Shown: positions 61,154-64,000 of the stretch, in pieces
How the letters are laid out: the number at the start of each line of letters is the position of its first letter
How positions within the stretch are numbered: position 1 is the stretch's first letter
Assembly (NCBI GenBank): GCA_965112155.1
Contig: OZ218098.1
DNA length: 64,000 bases
From: Podarcis liolepis
Lineage: Eukaryota
Reading direction: 5' to 3' (one strand)
The notes under the pieces: model-generated
What the model was told of the DNA's origin: nothing
Seen by the model: the letters and a program-made list of their open reading frames with translations, nothing else
Database searches by the model: none
Program-made: the position numbers and the translations under genes

Positions 61154-64000
61154 AACTGTCATTGGCTCTGGCACTACAATTGGTCTCTCTGTCACCCGCT
61201 CTGCCAGTCCCAATGGGCTGCAGCCAGCACTCTTCTGAAGTAAGAGATTTCAAGCTGAAACAGTCTGTTTTACCCCTCCTACCTTCCCCAACTATACCAA
61301 GCAAAAAAAAAAAACAACCCCAACCATTCATTATTATTCTCACATTTCTTAAATGCAGAAACTCTATATTGTAGATGAGATATCTATGATATCACACGAC
61401 TTTTATACCTTTCAGAAATGTAATACCTAATATCTCTCCTTCATCAGGCATACTCTCATTATAAAGGGCGAAGGAGCAGCACTACAAGATGGCTTATCTC
61501 CAGGCCAAAATGGAGAATGATTGAAATTTTATTTCATTTCCCACTTTGTTATCTTTGTCATATGCAAATGAATTCTGTGTCACATGGGAACCCAGTTACC
61601 GTGGCACTTTAGGACATATCAGATGAGGATATATATCATATGACAATGACAAATTTCTACATACTTTGTTCCTTCTTTTATAACCTATCCCCCACTAAGA
61701 GGCTTCCACTTTTAGATATCAATTAACAGATGTGAAACTCAGACAAAAATGTTGTGTGAAATAAAAAAGGCTGCCAACTAATGCTGAAATGAGGGTGACT
61801 TTTTTTTAATGCCTGCCTTTCAGACTACCTGTTCCCAGGAGGATAATAAAGCAGTTAAAAGCCAGCACAGTGGAATGGCTACTCACATTAAACTATGTTG
61901 AAAAGGTCAAAGCAATACAGCACATCAATATAATTCACAGTTCATTCATGACATAAAAATCCAAATACCCCATTCTTTAGGAAAAGAGTATAAAAATGAA
62001 GACAAGGTTGCAGAACATTAGTTCTGCCATGTTAATATTTGTGCAAAAAAAAGCTTCAACATATAACAAAAGCTATGCAGTCTAACACTTGCCATCTAGG
62101 TGTGGTTACACATCTAGATTTCAGTTTTCAATGCTAAAGTGATGCCAAAAGACAATGGACAAGTTTTCAGATTGATGACAATGATATTTCAATATGTAAA
62201 GCAAAGCTGGAGAACCATTTGCAGCCTGAAGGACACATGTTGGCTGCAGGGCAGTGGTGAGTGGTACTAGAGACAAAAGTGGGCAGGGATATGGGTGTGA
62301 CTTTTACCTTTGTACAGTGGGCTACATTCCGGTCATGCAAAACTGGATATTCCCTTGCTCTCTCCCATCAATGAAGCATTCCAGCAGCACAAAAGGACTC
62401 GAGGGGGTTGCAAAGTTTGGGGCATGGCCTAGAGAGCGGGTGCGGCCTTCAGAAGGTCTTGACCAGATAGAGAGGATTTGTCTGCTAGATCAAAACTTTT
62501 CTGTGGCTGGAGCAGTCGTTCCTTCCATGGAAGGCAAAGTCCTAGCCCACTACCAAATGTCCAATTTAAACAAAAATGTAAACAAAAACAGAACATATTT
62601 CTAAGCTGTTACATTATTTGTTTTTTAATTATAATACAGCTGCAACTATTCAAGGGCATAAATAATACTTTCTTACAAGGCATGGTACATTCTACACTGC
62701 TACCAACACCTGCATAGTTCACATATAGAATATACACTGTACATGTGACAAATAGATTATTTCAAGCTGTGTTTTTGGTAAGACCAACTGTAATATTTAC
62801 AGTTTACGATAGCCATTATTCCTGAAGTGATAAGTTACCATGAAAGAGATAATAACTGCCATATAATTGTCTTCTGGGCACTTAAGACAAAAATATTGGT
62901 GCCATAAACACTGGTTGTGTTATGTATATAATGGACTTTATGGGAATTACAGATATAGAGAACAGCACGCAATTATTAAGTTAATAACATAAAATCTGTG
63001 GCCACTTAACATTATATGTAGATCTCATTGGGCTTAATAACTGAGAAGGTGGGAGAGTCTGGTACCTGGAAGAGCAAATGCATTTCTGCAGAAAAAAGAC
63101 CCTGTATTAAAGTTTATCCCTATGTTTCTAAATCCACCTGTTTGTTGATAAATTGCTAAGGTTTCCCAGAAAACAACTGTGTTGGGAAGGTGAAGTCAAA
63201 CACAGCGTAGCTGAATGTTCCTTTCCCCCATGATTCAAAGCTAAACTAGATGGTACAATAGCTATGTATCTATGTCCTTATACGCAGGATTTGGTTTTTT
63301 GCTTTACAAAAATCTCCAGTGCAGTGACACCAATACAGATCAGGGCCCTGGCCTAGGGAATATGGGGCTTTAATGCTTTGCTTCGTCCTACCAATGGTCT
63401 CAGTCTTGATCACCTGCCCCTGCTCAGCACAACACATTTCAAAAGGAGGTTTCATTCAAATACACATTTCAACGCATAGTGGGGCAATCTGGATGGAGAC
63501 TGCAAAGGGTGAGAATACCTTAAACTGCATGCTAAGGTCCCATTCTGGGCCAGGGGCCCTGCATTGGCAATTTGTGTAAAAAAAAGAACCATGCATTTAA
63601 GAGCATAGATACCTAGTTAATGTATCATCTAGTTTGGTTCTACAAAAGTGACAGATAGTGGAATAAACTTCTAGGTTGCTACGAATTCAAGTAACTGTGC
63701 TTTATCACCATCAAATCCTTGCTTGTTTTGCAAGATGGCTGCAGGCTATCAGAGCCCACACAAGCGATAAAATCAAAACAAGTTTTTGTTGTGCAAATTC
63801 TGCAACTCTTATTTGACTGTACTGATTCTTGCACTTACAGTACACAGCTGAAACAAATCAGAGATCCATGATGAATCATTGGGTGGGGGAAGAGGAAGAA
63901 AATGGGTAACTTCCATCTCCAATAGTGAAAGGCTTTCTGCTCATCAGTGCCTGTACTTCAGCAATTTAGCACTATGGCTGATATATTTTGCATGTGCTGT

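Overview
This is non-coding vertebrate DNA, AT-rich and CpG-depleted, almost certainly from a squamate reptile. A Sauria SINE with an (ACCTTT)n-type tail and BovB LINEs with (CAA)n tails point to a lacertid lizard. I found no host protein-coding exon, RNA gene or CpG-island promoter, so the window reads as a gene desert or very large intron. All credible coding homology is transposon-derived: four BovB/RTE fragments, a 1.07-kb L1 ORF2 fragment, several old L2 and CR1 remnants, and a very decayed Penelope-like RT remnant at the left edge. There are also hAT and Tc1/mariner MITEs with recognisable TIRs and TSDs, tRNA-derived SINEs and microsatellites. The most unusual structures are: (1) a tail-less, TSD-less BovB(+)/L1(-) chimera at 29264-30577 that creates a 334-aa fusion ORF; (2) a hAT MITE carrying an internal BovB fragment (47878-48462); (3) templated fold-back and duplication scars at a BovB 5' junction (19617-19673) and at a MITE end (55397-55475). 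Several TE-free blocks rich in transcription-factor motifs look like conserved non-coding enhancers, but this cannot be confirmed without alignment. I did not find convincing evidence of a new multi-gene system.
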